From an uncultured delta proteobacterium (lineage in GTDB: Bacteria > Desulfobacterota > Binatia > Binatales > Binataceae): a stretch of 64,000 nucleotides of DNA. The position numbers and the translations under genes were made by a program. Under the pieces are notes generated by a model, which searched no databases, was not told the DNA's origin, and saw nothing but the letters and a program-made list of their open reading frames with translations. The stretch covers positions 262,124-326,123 of the forward strand of contig CAWBYV010000020.1 of NCBI GenBank assembly GCA_963793115.1, written 5' to 3'. Of this stretch, positions 53,037 through 64,000 are shown in pieces; position 1 is the stretch's first letter, and each line of letters starts with the position of its first letter.

Positions 53037-53885
53037 TCATATCTTACTGTAGCCACTTCCCTCCAGGTCAACGCCGATTCCGGTCGCCTTGTCGAGCATC
53101 CCGAATTCCTTGAGCAGCGGCTGGCTGTATGTGACCCGGCCGCTGACCTTGGCCGGCGGCTCGCTGGCCAGAATCAGGGCCGCCTTTGCCATGTAGGCCT
53201 GCGGTTCGCCATGCGGATCGTCGGCGCCAGTGACCAGGTGATGATGAATCGTGCCCGGAGTTGCCACCACCTGCGAGGGCGAGACGCAGGTCACCGAGAT
53301 GCCGTACTCGAACACCTCCTCGGCCAGCCCTTGGGTGAAGCGCTCCAGGGCCGCCTTGCCGGCTCCATAGCAACAGCTGCCGCGGAAAAAACCGCCGGGC
53401 GAGTAGGGCGCCCGTCCAGGGCCGATCGCGGCGCCTGACGAGATGTTGACGATCGCGCCACTGCGCCGCGGGATCATGTCCTGCAGAACGAGATGGCTCA
53501 GCATGAACGGTCCATGCAGATTGACGGCGATCGATCGTATCCAGCGCTTTATCTGGTAATCTTTTATCGGCCCGAAGTAGGTCAGCGCCGCGTTGTTGAT
53601 GAGCACGTCGCAGGGGCCGTAAAGGCGGCGCGCCTCATCCACCAGATGCCGGCAGCTTTCCTCCGATGACACATCGCAGGTGACGGCGGCCGCCTCGCCG
53701 CCCGCCCTTTTGATTGCCGCGATGGTGGTCTCGAGCGAGCCTTCGAGCGGATGTTCGCCTTCGCGCATCGTGCGCGCGCTGCACACGACTTTCGCGCCTT
53801 CCTTCGCGAACAACTCGGCGATTGCCGCGCCGATTCCTCTGCTTGCTCCGGTTACGATCGCAACCTTTCCCTGAAGCCGTCCCAT
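53037..53885 (-). CDS. short-chain dehydrogenase/reductase (SDR)
   Basis: TGASRGIGAAIA, NNAA, and YGAGKAAL, which carries the catalytic YxxxK. Confidence 0.85.
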   Translation of the reverse strand: MGRLQGKVAIVTGASRGIGAAIAELFAKEGAKVVCSARTMREGEHPLEGSLETTIAAIKRAGGEAAAVTCDVSSEESCRHLVDEARRLYGPCDVLINNAALTYFGPIKDYQIKRWIRSIAVNLHGPFMLSHLVLQDMIPRRSGAIVNISSGAAIGPGRAPYSPGGFFRGSCCYGAGKAALERFTQGLAEEVFEYGISVTCVSPSQVVATPGTIHHHLVTGADDPHGEPQAYMAKAALILASEPPAKVSGRVTYSQPLLKEFGMLDKATGIGVDLEGSGYSKI

Positions 53886-53985
53886 GCTGAATCCTCCTGT
53901 GACTGGAACGGTTTTAGACCACTGTCGCGTGGCCGTCCATGCCCGTTCGCGAGTTTGTCGCCGCAGGCCGCGCCGGTGCGCGCGG

Positions 53986-55413
53986 CTAATTGCTGGTGTA
54001 ATACGTCACTAGCACGTTCACCGAAACATTGCCGCAATTAGTACATGCGCCGAAGGGCGGCCAGCCGTTCCACCACATCAACTCCGCCGTCGAATTGAAC
54101 TCTATGGGGTCGAGGATGTGTAACCTGTAAGCGCCCGCCGTGGTGGGGAGACCAACCGGACCCGTTAGCGCAGTCACGCCCAGATAGTCAGACGCGAACA
54201 GGCCGGGGGCGAAATAAAACGAGCTACCGAAGTAGTCTTCAGTGCCCGACGAATCGTGGTTCAGGTTGCCGTCGATCAACCACTGCATAGGGCTTTCCAG
54301 CCCACTCGGCATTCCAGCGCCGCTGAAATATGTGTAGACCTCCCAGATGACGCCGGGGCCGTTCGATGTGCTGAAGAGCGGGATGGTCGGAGCTGTGCCG
54401 CAGCCGCCGCCCGAATTCACGCAACCATTCCCAGGTGCGATCGTCAAGCTTTGATCGACCGCGTGCAGATGCGAGTAGCGACCCCAGTTGAGTCCGCTGT
54501 TGGCGTGCCACCCAACGTCCGTCCAGATGTTATCGAATACGTCCGGGTTGATCAGAGTGACCCTCACATGGGTTCTAAAAGGCGCGGTTAGATAGATTGT
54601 AAAGTTTTGCCCAAAGCTTGATGTGCCGAAACTCAGATATCGCGAGCGGAATCCAGCGGAGCCGCGTGCGGCTACCAGGTCGAAGAGATTGACGTTGACC
54701 GAGGGCGTTGCACAGGACGTGTTCAAGTCTGCGTCCTGGCAAATTTGTAGCGTGCCGCCGGTGCCCGTGTTGTTGATGACTGAAATGAAGTCGATTTCGC
54801 CCGACCCGGTGTAATCCAGGAGGGTGAGCGCGGCACCAGACACCTGCTTCAGCTTGGTCGAATACGCAATGCCCGGGTCGCCGGGCGGCCACGCGCCGGG
54901 CCACACGCTCCCGGTAGGGCCCGTTGGGCCCGCGGGTCCCGGTGGCCCCTGCGCTCCGGCGGCGCCAGTAACACCGGCGAGTCCCGGTAGACCCTGCGGC
55001 CCAGCCGCGCCCGTTGCACCGGTAAGTCCCGTCGGTCCCTGAGGTCCCGCAGCACCCGTTAGACCGGCCGGCCCCGGTGGCCCTTGCGCTCCGGCCGCAC
55101 CCGTCGCACCGGCGAGTCCTGGCGGTCCCTGAGGTCCCGCCGCAGCCGATGGACCCGCAGGTCCCGATGGGCCCTGCGGTCCGGCAGGGCCTGTCGCACC
55201 GGTGGGCCCGGCGGGCCCCGGGTCATTCGCCGACACCGAGACGAAAGTCTCGGATTTCTTGCACCTGCTCGGATTTGTGACCCCGCGCACGGCGCCAGTC
55301 TTCTTATTCACGCAGACATTGATCGCCTGAGCGTCGGCCGCCGATGCGCGCAGGGTCGCTCCGAATACCAGCGCTACGACGATGGTCGCTTGCCTCCAGC
55401 GGTGATCGTCCAT
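53986..55413 (-). CDS. secreted collagen-like (G-X-Y) protein with a C-terminal DUF2961/GH172-like jelly-roll domain
   Basis: Signal peptide, [10 protein letters not shown]...C head, about 33 GXY triplets, then a domain with [10 protein letters not shown] and ...[19 protein letters not shown] 55413 is preferred over the track start. Confidence 0.8.
   Translation of the reverse strand: MDDHRWRQATIVVALVFGATLRASAADAQAINVCVNKKTGAVRGVTNPSRCKKSETFVSVSANDPGPAGPTGATGPAGPQGPSGPAGPSAAAGPQGPPGLAGATGAAGAQGPPGPAGLTGAAGPQGPTGLTGATGAAGPQGLPGLAGVTGAAGAQGPPGPAGPTGPTGSVWPGAWPPGDPGIAYSTKLKQVSGAALTLLDYTGSGEIDFISVINNTGTGGTLQICQDADLNTSCATPSVNVNLFDLVAARGSAGFRSRYLSFGTSSFGQNFTIYLTAPFRTHVRVTLINPDVFDNIWTDVGWHANSGLNWGRYSHLHAVDQSLTIAPGNGCVNSGGGCGTAPTIPLFSTSNGPGVIWEVYTYFSGAGMPSGLESPMQWLIDGNLNHDSSGTEDYFGSSFYFAPGLFASDYLGVTALTGPVGLPTTAGAYRLHILDPIEFNSTAELMWWNGWPPFGACTNCGNVSVNVLVTYYTSN
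54910..55218 (-). repeat. collagen-like G-X-Y triplet repeat coding region
   Basis: [40 protein letters not shown]...GPTGPTG, with one interruption. Confidence 0.85.
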
Positions 55414-55743
55414 CGGTGACACAAGTATTCCTGTGCGCAAAACTGCGTTACTCAATCTATGTGGGCAATCTGCCCAGCCGTCTATATCGATACGATCTGC
55501 GCGGTCTAGCAATTCAGATTCGCACAGCCCGGTCTGGAAGTGAACCGAATCCTGGCTTGAAACCCGGTCTCCGATCGCCCTCTCCGACGCACTTCGGGAG
55601 TCCGAAAAGTGCTTGTAAAGACTGGAAATTATACTAATTGACGCTAGAACGGGCCTTGGTGTAGTTAAGAGGACTCGGCCTATCGGCAGGAGGGTGCGTA
55701 CAGTCTTGTTTCCTATCTCCGGGCGTCTCGGCGGCGAGCACGT

Positions 55744-58700
55744 TTGACAGTGCGACGTTTGACAACGCGGGGATTGTCAACCGGGCTCTGCCTCGCCCTC
55801 GCCGCGGTTCTCATCTGCGTCTTCCTTCTGGCCGGGGTTTCGCGGCGTGCAGGGCGACAATCGCGGCCTGACCGCCCCGCGGCGAAGGCCGCGCCGACCC
55901 TCGCGACCGGCTCGTCGCGGAAATCGGCAGTCATCGCGCGCCTCAGACACGAGTACGGCAGACTGCCGCTCAGCTTTGAGCCGAGCCGGTCGGAGTCCGA
56001 GGGCGTGAAATTTCGGGCTCGAGCGGGGAATCTGTCGGTCGAGTTGACTCCGCGCGAGGCGATTTTTGTGCAGTCGGGCGACGGCAGCGAGGACCGCCCG
56101 CGACGATTGCCCTTCGCCGGCGACGGTCTCGAGCAAGTCGCCGGGCGCGGACCGAGCGCGGGCGCGACTGGGCGCGCTCGGGAACATCCGGTGATTAGGA
56201 TGCGACTCGAGGGGGCGAACGCTTCGGCGCGAATCGAAGGCGAAGACAAGCTGCCGGGCGTGGTCAACTACTTTATCGGGGACGATTCGAGTCAATGGCG
56301 CGTCGGCATACCTACTTACGCGAGAGTGAAATATCGCCAGGTCTATCCCGGTATCGACCTGGTTTATTACGGCAACCATCGCCAACTGGAATGCGACTTG
56401 AACCTCGCGCCCGGAGCGAAGCCTGACGAAATCAGACTATCGTTCCGCGGCACCAGATCACCTCAAGATCGACCGGGATGGAGACCTCGTGGTCGGCGCG
56501 TCGCGCGACCGGATCGTGATTCACAGGCCGGTCGCGTACCAAGAGTTCAGCGGCGCCAGGAGGAAAGTCGCGAGTAGCTACAGAATGCTCGGGCGCTCGG
56601 GCGTCGGCGTCGAGGTTGCCTCGTACGATCGGAGCAAGCCACTGACTATCGATCCGACCGTGAGCTACGCCACTTTCCTGGGCGGCAGCTTCATCGACGA
56701 AGCCGATGCGCTGGCGGTCAACAGTACGGGCAGCGCATACATCACGGGGTTTACCTGTTCTGCCGACTTCCCGATTGCTCCCGGAACGTCCGTGCCGCAA
56801 CCCGGCTTCGGCGGCCTTTGCGACGCGTTCGTCACCAAACTCAGTCCCGACGGTCATCAGTTGCTTTACTCTACCTATCTGGGCGGGGGCGGGGCGGACC
56901 GTGGAAACGGTATTGCAGTCAACCAGTCGGGCGCTGTCTACGTCACCGGCACGACCAGCGGCCACTTTCCGGTCACGGCCGGCGCCGCGCAGACGGCCTA
57001 CGGAGGCGGCAGCAGCGACGCTTTCGTAAGTAAGATCAGCGCCGGCGGTTCGACGTTGATCTACTCGACATATCTCGGTGGAGAGGCGATCGAGTCCGGT
57101 CAGGCGATCGCGGTGCCTCAGGGTTGTTTGTCCAGTTGCGACGCTTTCGCCGTGGGCTACACACTTTCATTTCGATTTCCGGCCACCGCTGGTGCGTTCC
57201 AGACTGCCAACGGCGGTACCGGCGATGCGAGCGACGCTTTCATCGCGCGGGTCAACTCGTCAGGTACCGGTCTGAAATACGCTTCCTATTTGGGTGGCCA
57301 CGAGGGCGACGGAGCCTTTGCAGTCGCGGTTGACTCTGCCGGCGACGCTTACGTCGGGGGCGTCACCGACGCGATAGGCGGCAACAATTTTCCGATCACG
57401 ACGGCCAGCGCTGCACAGAAGGTCTTCGGCGGCACCGCCGACGGATTTGTCGCGAAGATCAATCCCACCGGCACCGCGCCTCTGATTTACTCTACTTATC
57501 TGGGCGGTAGCGGCTTCGACTCGGTACTAGGAATAGCAATTGACTCATCCGGCGCTGCCTACGTAACTGGAATGACCTCTTCAGCCGACTTTCCTACCAC
57601 GGCCGGCGCTTTCCAGGGAACTTTCGGCGGCGGCTCCGGTGACGGCTTTATCACCAAACTTGCCGCTGGTGGCGCGTCGCTGGTCTATTCCAGCTATCTG
57701 GGCGGCTCCGGGAACGATATCGGGCGCGCGATCGCTCTGGACTCCACCGGCAATGCCTACATCAATGGAAACACCAGTTCGTCCGATTTCCCCGCGGTGA
57801 GCCCGGTGCAGGCAATCCCGGCCCCGAACGGACAACTGGTGATAAGCCGCAACGACGGCGAGACTTTTTCGGCAAGCGGACTAAACCCGAGCGCCCGGCT
57901 CTCTCAACGCTTTGGCGGTTGACACGAGCGCGTCTCCGCATGCGGTCTACGCGGGCAGCGCGCGAAACGGCCTGTACCGGAGCACCGACGACGGAGCGAC
58001 ATTCAACCTGACCGGGCTCACGGCTCCGATCGGTCCCGGCGGGATCGCGCTGGATTCCACCTCGGGAAGACTCTATGTCGGCAGCTCACAAGGGTTATCA
58101 GTGAGTACCGACGGCGGTATCTCATTCGAGAGTCTTCTTTTCGGAACGCTGATCTCACCGGTGTTTGTGAATGCTGCCAGTCAACCCGTGGAGCTGTACG
58201 CAGGCTCGTCAGCGGGCTTGCTCGACAGCACGGACGGAGGAGCGACGTTCAGCCCGGCCGGTCTCCCCGCCGCGACCCGGGTGTTGTCGATCGCCTCCGA
58301 TCCCAACCGCAGCCCTCCTGTTTTGTACGCCGGCACGAACCAGGGAATCTTCGCCAGCACCGACGGGGGCGTCACGTTCCGTGCCACCTCGATGAACTTC
58401 CAACCCGCTTTCTCGCTCGCGGTCAACAGCAGCGAGTCGCCCTCAGTCCTGTATGCCGGCCTCGACATCGGGCTGATCAGAAGCACTGACGGCTTCACGA
58501 CCTTTACCAGTCCCGTCAGCGTGATCGATCTCGCGATCTATGACCTGGAAGTGGATTCATCGATCACTCCGTCGCGGGTGTTTGCCGGCGGTCAGCTCGG
58601 TGATCTCGGCTATCTGGCGCGCAGCGACGACAGCGGCCGCACCTTCCGGCTCATCAGTGACAACACGGACTATCTGCCGGCGGTGACGCGGATCGCCCTG

Positions 58701-60306
58701 GATGGAGACGCGGCCCAGGGCGTGTTCGCCGGCTTGTTCCTCGATTCCAACTCGGCGGTGTCGCAGGTAAGCTCGGACGGCTCGACCCTGCTGTTCTCTT
58801 CGCTTTTCGGCGGCTCCAATGAAGAGTTCGGAACCGGCATCGCTGCGGCCGTCGCCTCGCCCGATTCGGCGGTGCTGTACGCGGTCGGAGGAACCGCCTC
58901 GTCGAGCGACTTTCCGACTACCTCGAGCGCCGCGCAGCCGAACGCCTCGGGCCCGATGAGCGCTTATGCTCTTCAGAATCTCCGGCCTGTCACTGACACC
59001 GACTCCGACCCCGACTCCTACTCCGACGCCGACACCCACGCCAACGCCGACTCCGACGCCTACGCCCACACCGACCCCGACTCGAACGCCGACACCGACA
59101 CCGACGCCCACACCAACGCCGACTCCGACACCGACGCCGACTCCCACTCCCACACCAACTCCGACCCCTACTCGAACGCCGACTCCCACACCGACACCGA
59201 CCCCCACGCCTACGCCGACACCGACACCGACACCGACTCCCACATCGACTCAGACGCCTACGCCGACACCGACGCCGGGTGGTCCGACTCCCACACCGCC
59301 GCCTATAGATAGCGACCAGTTCCCGCTCGAGCCGCCCGTAGCCCCCTGGGGCGAGCTACGCGTAGCGGCCTACAAGCAGAAGACTATTGGAGCGGGTAGC
59401 AGTCTGACGCTGCTCAGTATCACGCCCGGGACCTGCGCAAGCCCGACCTGTGGCCACCTGGCGTATGTGAACGTGATTACCGGCTCACCTGCAACTGACA
59501 CGACCAACACGCTAACGGTCTTCCGGGATGGAGAAGGCACGGCGTCGGTCAATTCTACTATCGCCGACTTGGCCGCGGCGCGTGGCATGTCTTCGCAGTC
59601 CACCGCCGGCGCGCAATACTACCAGAATCATCTTTGGACCTACGAAGCCGGCTCGGCATTCTTCGGCCTCCCAACGTCACGGATGTACTCGCTCCTGAAC
59701 GCACCGTTCACCAGCAGCCTCCAGGTCGTCTACAACAACAACAGCACTTCTTCCGTAACAGCATGGTTCAACATCGGCTACTACGTCTATCCGAGCACCA
59801 GCGTAGTTAATTGGGGCCGTTACTCGCATCTCCACGCGGTCAACGGGGCGGGTTCGGCCACTGCTTTCTCAGCGATCCAGCTTGTCAACGTCTCGAGCGG
59901 CGGTCCGGGGGCGCTGTGGAGCGTATACATGTTGTTCAACGTGGCGAATGTGAACTCCTATGAAGGTCCGATACAGTACCTGGTCAACGGCGAGAGCACG
60001 CCGGGCCTCACCTCGTCGGGCACCGAAGACTACTTCGGGCAGGACTTCTACTTCGATCGCTGTTCAAGTTCCCAAATCTGGATTCAGGACAAGTTCGGTT
60101 GCACGTACGCGAATTCAGGCGCGAGCGCCAGCACCATAGTTGGTGCGTACCGCATTCATTATCCGAACGAAGACCCGCCGATTTGGAACTCATCGTTCAT
60201 TCTCGACTGGCTCAACGGACTCGCTGGATTCGGAGAGGGAACGCCGCCCGGTCTTCCGGGCAGCGCCACCATCAATTACCTCGTGGAGTACTACACCAGC
60301 CAATGA
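55744..60306 (+). pseudogene. giant surface protein: anchor + SBBP beta-propeller repeats + Asp-box (BNR) propeller + (TP)n linker + DUF2961/GH172-like C-terminal domain; frame breaks near 56455, 57890 and 58970
   Basis: LPLSFEP...YPGIDLVYYGN...PLTIDPTVSYATFLGGS. Repeated YSTYLGG..D.G..IAVD..G.AYVTG.T.S.DFP. Six SxDxGxTF boxes. About 100 aa of TP repeats. C-terminal [14 protein letters not shown]. Four track ORFs join into one if three 1-nt shifts are allowed. Confidence 0.7.
58996..59304 (+). repeat. (Thr-Pro)n low-complexity linker, about 100 aa of hexanucleotide repeats
   Basis: ACnCCn repeats with periodic TR interruptions. All frames are open (DS/DT on +, GV on -). Confidence 0.85.
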
Positions 60307-60334
60307 TTCGTCCAGGAACATCGGGAGCAGAGGC

Positions 60335-61402
60335 ATGAGACGCACAATCGTTGCAGCTATCGCGCTGCTGGCCCTGGCAGGCTCGGCCAGCGCAACTTCG
60401 ATCCAGTTCCCCCTCCAGCATCCGGTGGATGCCTGGGGTGAGTTGCTGATCGCAACGCCGATCGCAACGCCGTCAGGCGGCAGCGCAGCGGCCTACAAGC
60501 ACGTGACTATTGCAGCGAATAGCAGTCTGACGCTGCTCAATATTACGCCCGGAACCTGCGCAATCCCGACCTGTGGCCATCTGGCTTATGTGAACGTGAT
60601 CACCAGCTCCCCTGGGACCGACGGGACCAACACGCTGACGGTCTTCAGAGATGGAGAGGGCACAGCGTCGGTCAATTCTACGATCGCCGACTTGGCCGCG
60701 GCGCGGGGCATGTCTTCGCAGTCCACCACCAGCGTCCAGTACTACCAGAACCATCTCTGGACCTACGAAGCGAGCAACACAGCGGGGACGTTGCGGATGT
60801 ACTCGCTCCTGAACGCACCGTTTACCAGCAGCCTCCAGGTCGTCTACAACAACAACAGCGCTTCTTCCGTAACAGGATGGTTCAATGTCGGCTACTACGT
60901 CTACCCGAGCACCAGCGTAGTGAGCTGGGGCCGTTACTCGCATCTCCACGCGGTCGAGGGAAACGGTTCGCCCGCCGCCCTCGCTTCGCTCCAGCTTGCC
61001 AACGTCTCGGGCGGCGGCCCGGGGGCGCTGTGGAGCGTATACATGTTGTTCAATGTGGCGAGTACCGGCTCCTACGAAGGTCCGATACAGTACCAGGTTG
61101 ACGGCGAGAGCACGCCGGGCTTCAACTCGTCGGGCACCGAAGACTACTTCGGGCAGGACTTCTACTTCGATCGCTGTTCAAGTTCCCAAATCTGGATTCA
61201 GGACAAGTTCGGCTGCACGTACGCGAATTCAGGAGCGAGCGCCAGCACCATAGTTGGTGCGTATCGCATTCATTATCCGAACGAAGACCCGCCGACCTGG
61301 AACTCGTCGTTCGTTCTCAACTGGTTCAACGGACTCGCTGGATTTGGCAGTCCGGGCAGTGCCACCATCAACTACCTCGTGGAGTACTACACCAGTCAGT
61401 AA
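60335..61402 (+). CDS. secreted stand-alone DUF2961/GH172-like jelly-roll protein (paralog of the giant protein's C-terminus)
   Basis: Signal peptide MRRTIVAAIALLALAGSASA. The rest is collinear with 59320-60306. ATG 60335 with GGGAGCAGAGG upstream. Confidence 0.8.
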   Translation: MRRTIVAAIALLALAGSASATSIQFPLQHPVDAWGELLIATPIATPSGGSAAAYKHVTIAANSSLTLLNITPGTCAIPTCGHLAYVNVITSSPGTDGTNTLTVFRDGEGTASVNSTIADLAAARGMSSQSTTSVQYYQNHLWTYEASNTAGTLRMYSLLNAPFTSSLQVVYNNNSASSVTGWFNVGYYVYPSTSVVSWGRYSHLHAVEGNGSPAALASLQLANVSGGGPGALWSVYMLFNVASTGSYEGPIQYQVDGESTPGFNSSGTEDYFGQDFYFDRCSSSQIWIQDKFGCTYANSGASASTIVGAYRIHYPNEDPPTWNSSFVLNWFNGLAGFGSPGSATINYLVEYYTSQ

Positions 61403-61600
61403 TGGCGCCGCGCAGTCGGCTCGAGCCGTCCATAGCAACATCACGGTCAACGGCCTAGCCTGGCAATACGCGGACTCCGAGAACCAGATGCGATGCCTGT
61501 CAGTGAGTTTTCGTTTATCGTTTCGCGGCCTAGCGGCGCTACGCAAGGCGTGTGCGCCAGACTCGCGGGCCGGCCTTGGAAGGCCGGGATCAGAAGATTG

Positions 61601-64000
61601 ATGACACGCCGAGGTGACATCGCCTTCAAGCGGGGGCCAGCCGTGCGGATTGTAGCTGGCGTAGCTGCCACCGTACTTCTTGCGGCTTTGTTTGGCTCCC
61701 GATCTGGGCGTTCGGTCGTTCCGGGACCGGTCGATCGGCGAGGCGTGGCGGACCAGGCTGCTGCGCGTGACAAGATCGACGGGCTGCCACTGTACTTTGA
61801 GCGCAACGCCGGGCAGACCGATCCGCGGGTTCATTTTCTTTCTCGCGCGGGCGCTTTCAGCCTGTTCCTGACCGAGACTGAGGCGGTACTGGTACTTGCG
61901 CAGAATCCGGCGCTGCGGAAGGCGGCCAGCACGACGACGCCTGTGGGAGCCGTAGCTGCGCCGCGCCATGAAGCGGCGGTGCTGCGGATCAAGCCGATTG
62001 GAGCGAACCCAAAGCCCCGGATCGATGGGATGGATCGACTGCCCGGCCACGTGAACTATCTGCTGGGCGACGAGCCGTCGAAATGGCGCACCAACATCGC
62101 GACCTATGCGCGCGTCCGCTATCGCTCCATCTATCCCGGTATTGACCTGGTTTACTATGGTTCGCGCGCCGCGCTCGAGTACGACCTGATCGTCGCACCT
62201 GGCGCCGACCCGGGGCGGATTGCCCTCGCAGTTGACGGGCCGGCGACGCTTCAGTCGATCCGGCGGGGGACCTGATCCTGGGCACTCCCACTGGCTATGT
62301 AACGATGCGCAAGCCGCTGATTTACCAGGAAGGCGCCGCCGGCAGCCAGCGAAAGATCGAGGGGCGCTACGCCGTGACGGACCTGCCAGGCGGCTCGGGA
62401 AAGAAGGCAGTTGCGATCCGGGTTGCCGAATACGATCGCAAGCTCCCGCTCGTGATCGATCCGCAGTTTGTCTATTCGACTTATCTCGGCGGCAACGGTA
62501 ACAACAAGACCGGCACGCCTGAGTCGTTCACGTCCTTCTTCGGCATTGAGCCGTCGTCGATGCCGGCAAGCTTCAACTTCTCGGATTATACGTTCGATAT
62601 CGCACTCGACTCCAAGGGCAATATATATGTAGCCGGAGTTGCCGACTCTCCCAACTTTCCAACCTTGAACGCAGTACAGCCGACGGACAGCACCACGACT
62701 ACGACTCCGAACGCGTTCGTCGCGGAGCTCAACCCGAGCAAGTCCGGAGTGGCTTCGCTGGTCTACTCGACGTACCTGGGCGGGAGCGGCGACAGAACGA
62801 GCGGAGGAGCCGATGGCGACGAAGCGCACGGAATCGCCGTCAACGGCTCGGGCGACGCCTATGTGGCCGGGCTCACCTACTCCACTGATTTTCCCCATAC
62901 CGCCGTCGCCTTCGAGGCCACAAACAATGCGGCCGCGGCGAATATCAATAATGGATTCGTCACCGAGCTCAATTCCTCTGGCGGGATCGTCTATTCGACC
63001 TTTATCCACGGACGCAACGGCGCGGCGGCCAGCAGGATAGCGATCGAGCCCGGATGTTCAACTAACTGCGCGGCCTATGTCTCGGGCAGCACTACGTTAA
63101 CCGATTTTCCCACCAGGAACGCCTACCAGAGCTCCGACCCGGATTTCCATTTGAACAGCTCTGCCTACCTGCTGGTCCTTAAGGGCGGGGGCTCGGCACT
63201 CGCGTACTCCACCTACTTCGGCGGCAGCGGCACCGGCGATGGAAGGTGACGCCGCGCTTGGCGTCGCGGTCGATTCGACGGGTCACGCTTATATTACGGG
63301 GTTGGCTTATTCCACCGATTTGCCTACCCGTAATCCTTATCAACTAAATAGCAAGAACAGCTTTTCAAACTCGAGCGCGTTCGTGGCGGAGTTCGATCCT
63401 ACCCAGAGCGGCGACGGGTCGCTGGTGTACTCGACGTATCTGGGGGGCGAGGGCGGCCTGGTCGCGGGCGATATAGGCACGAATATCACTTTGGACAATT
63501 CGGGGCATATCTTTGTGACGGGAACGACCTATTCGTCAATGTTCCCGGTCACCGCCAATGCCTATCAGCCATTCAACGAAGCTTTTGCGGGCTTCGGATC
63601 GAATGCTTTTGTCTCCGAACTGGACGACTCGATGACAGGCAGCAGCCAACTTGCGTATTCGACGTATTTGGGCGGGAGCGGATACCCGTTCATCTCCAAT
63701 CCTATCTTCTTCGTGGTGATGGCCGATGCGGCGACCGGTATCGCCGTGGACGGTTCAGGGCGCATCTTCGTATCCGGCGGCACCTTTTCGGCGGATTTTC
63801 CTACCAGCGCCGGGGCCTGCCAGCAGCAGAACAATGCGAACCTGGACGTGAACCCGAACGCCGGCGGCGGGACCAACGCGTTCGTGAGCGAGATCGATCC
63901 GAGCCGGACCGGCAGCAACCAGCTCGTGTTCTCGGGGTACCTGGGCGGCAGCACCCTCGATATGGCCGGCGATATCAAGCTCGACGGTTGCGGCAACGTG
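61601..64000 (+). pseudogene. second SBBP-repeat surface protein (3' end outside the window); frame breaks near 62255 and 63240
   Basis: Same N-terminal module as at 55744 (LPLYFERNAGQ...YPGIDLVYYGS...EYDLIVAPGADP), then YSTYLGG/DFP repeats. The third fragment at 63239-64000 is open to the window edge and is absent from the track. Confidence 0.7.

Noticed and set aside
55742-55765. Two perfect TTGACA hexamers 15 bp apart at the start of the giant SBBP gene
   Set aside because: No acceptable -10 hexamer follows either one at 16-18 nt, and both fall within the predicted coding start region.
58557-59243. Minus-strand (GV)n ORF and plus-strand D/S/T-rich reading of the repeat tract
   Set aside because: These are mirror and off-frame readings of the (TP)n linker. 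Only the TP frame runs on into the conserved C-terminal domain.

Overview
GC-rich (~65-70%) bacterial chromosomal window from a Gram-negative-type organism (lpxA, tatA, System I cytochrome c maturation). No rRNA, tRNA, CRISPR array, integrase or transposase was recognised. Most genes are on the + strand and are housekeeping: cstA-ybdD, lexA, a ferredoxin/FNR pair, a molybdopterin oxidoreductase with hxlR and moaA, maoC/crotonase, yacG-lpxA, a ccmE...ccmFH(I)ABCD cluster, a dnaJ-like gene with a MerR partner, tilS-ftsH, cdaA-cdaR-glmM, nnr-tsaE, and lysC-cimA-cysE-nifS-mnmA-mtaB-rnc-era-der-guaA-gltX. Accessory content interrupts this backbone. (1) A low-GC two-gene island at 26.9-29.3 kb pairs an unknown PD-(D/E)xK-like protein with a DUF262/DUF1524 GmrSD-like nuclease; this is my best candidate for an undescribed defence pair. 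(2) There are four to five toxin-antitoxin modules, one of them wedged inside the ccm cluster. (3) A low-GC orphan nuclease-like gene is bracketed by inverted REP copies. (4) A surface-protein locus at 54-64 kb carries one DUF2961/GH172-like jelly-roll domain on three different scaffolds. Three families of intergenic REP-like repeats are present. About twenty conserved genes have broken reading frames, and the breaks are very unevenly distributed (densest at 37.4-46.2 kb). I read these as assembly indels rather than true pseudogenes. All family assignments come from motifs recognised by eye in the translations; no database search was run.
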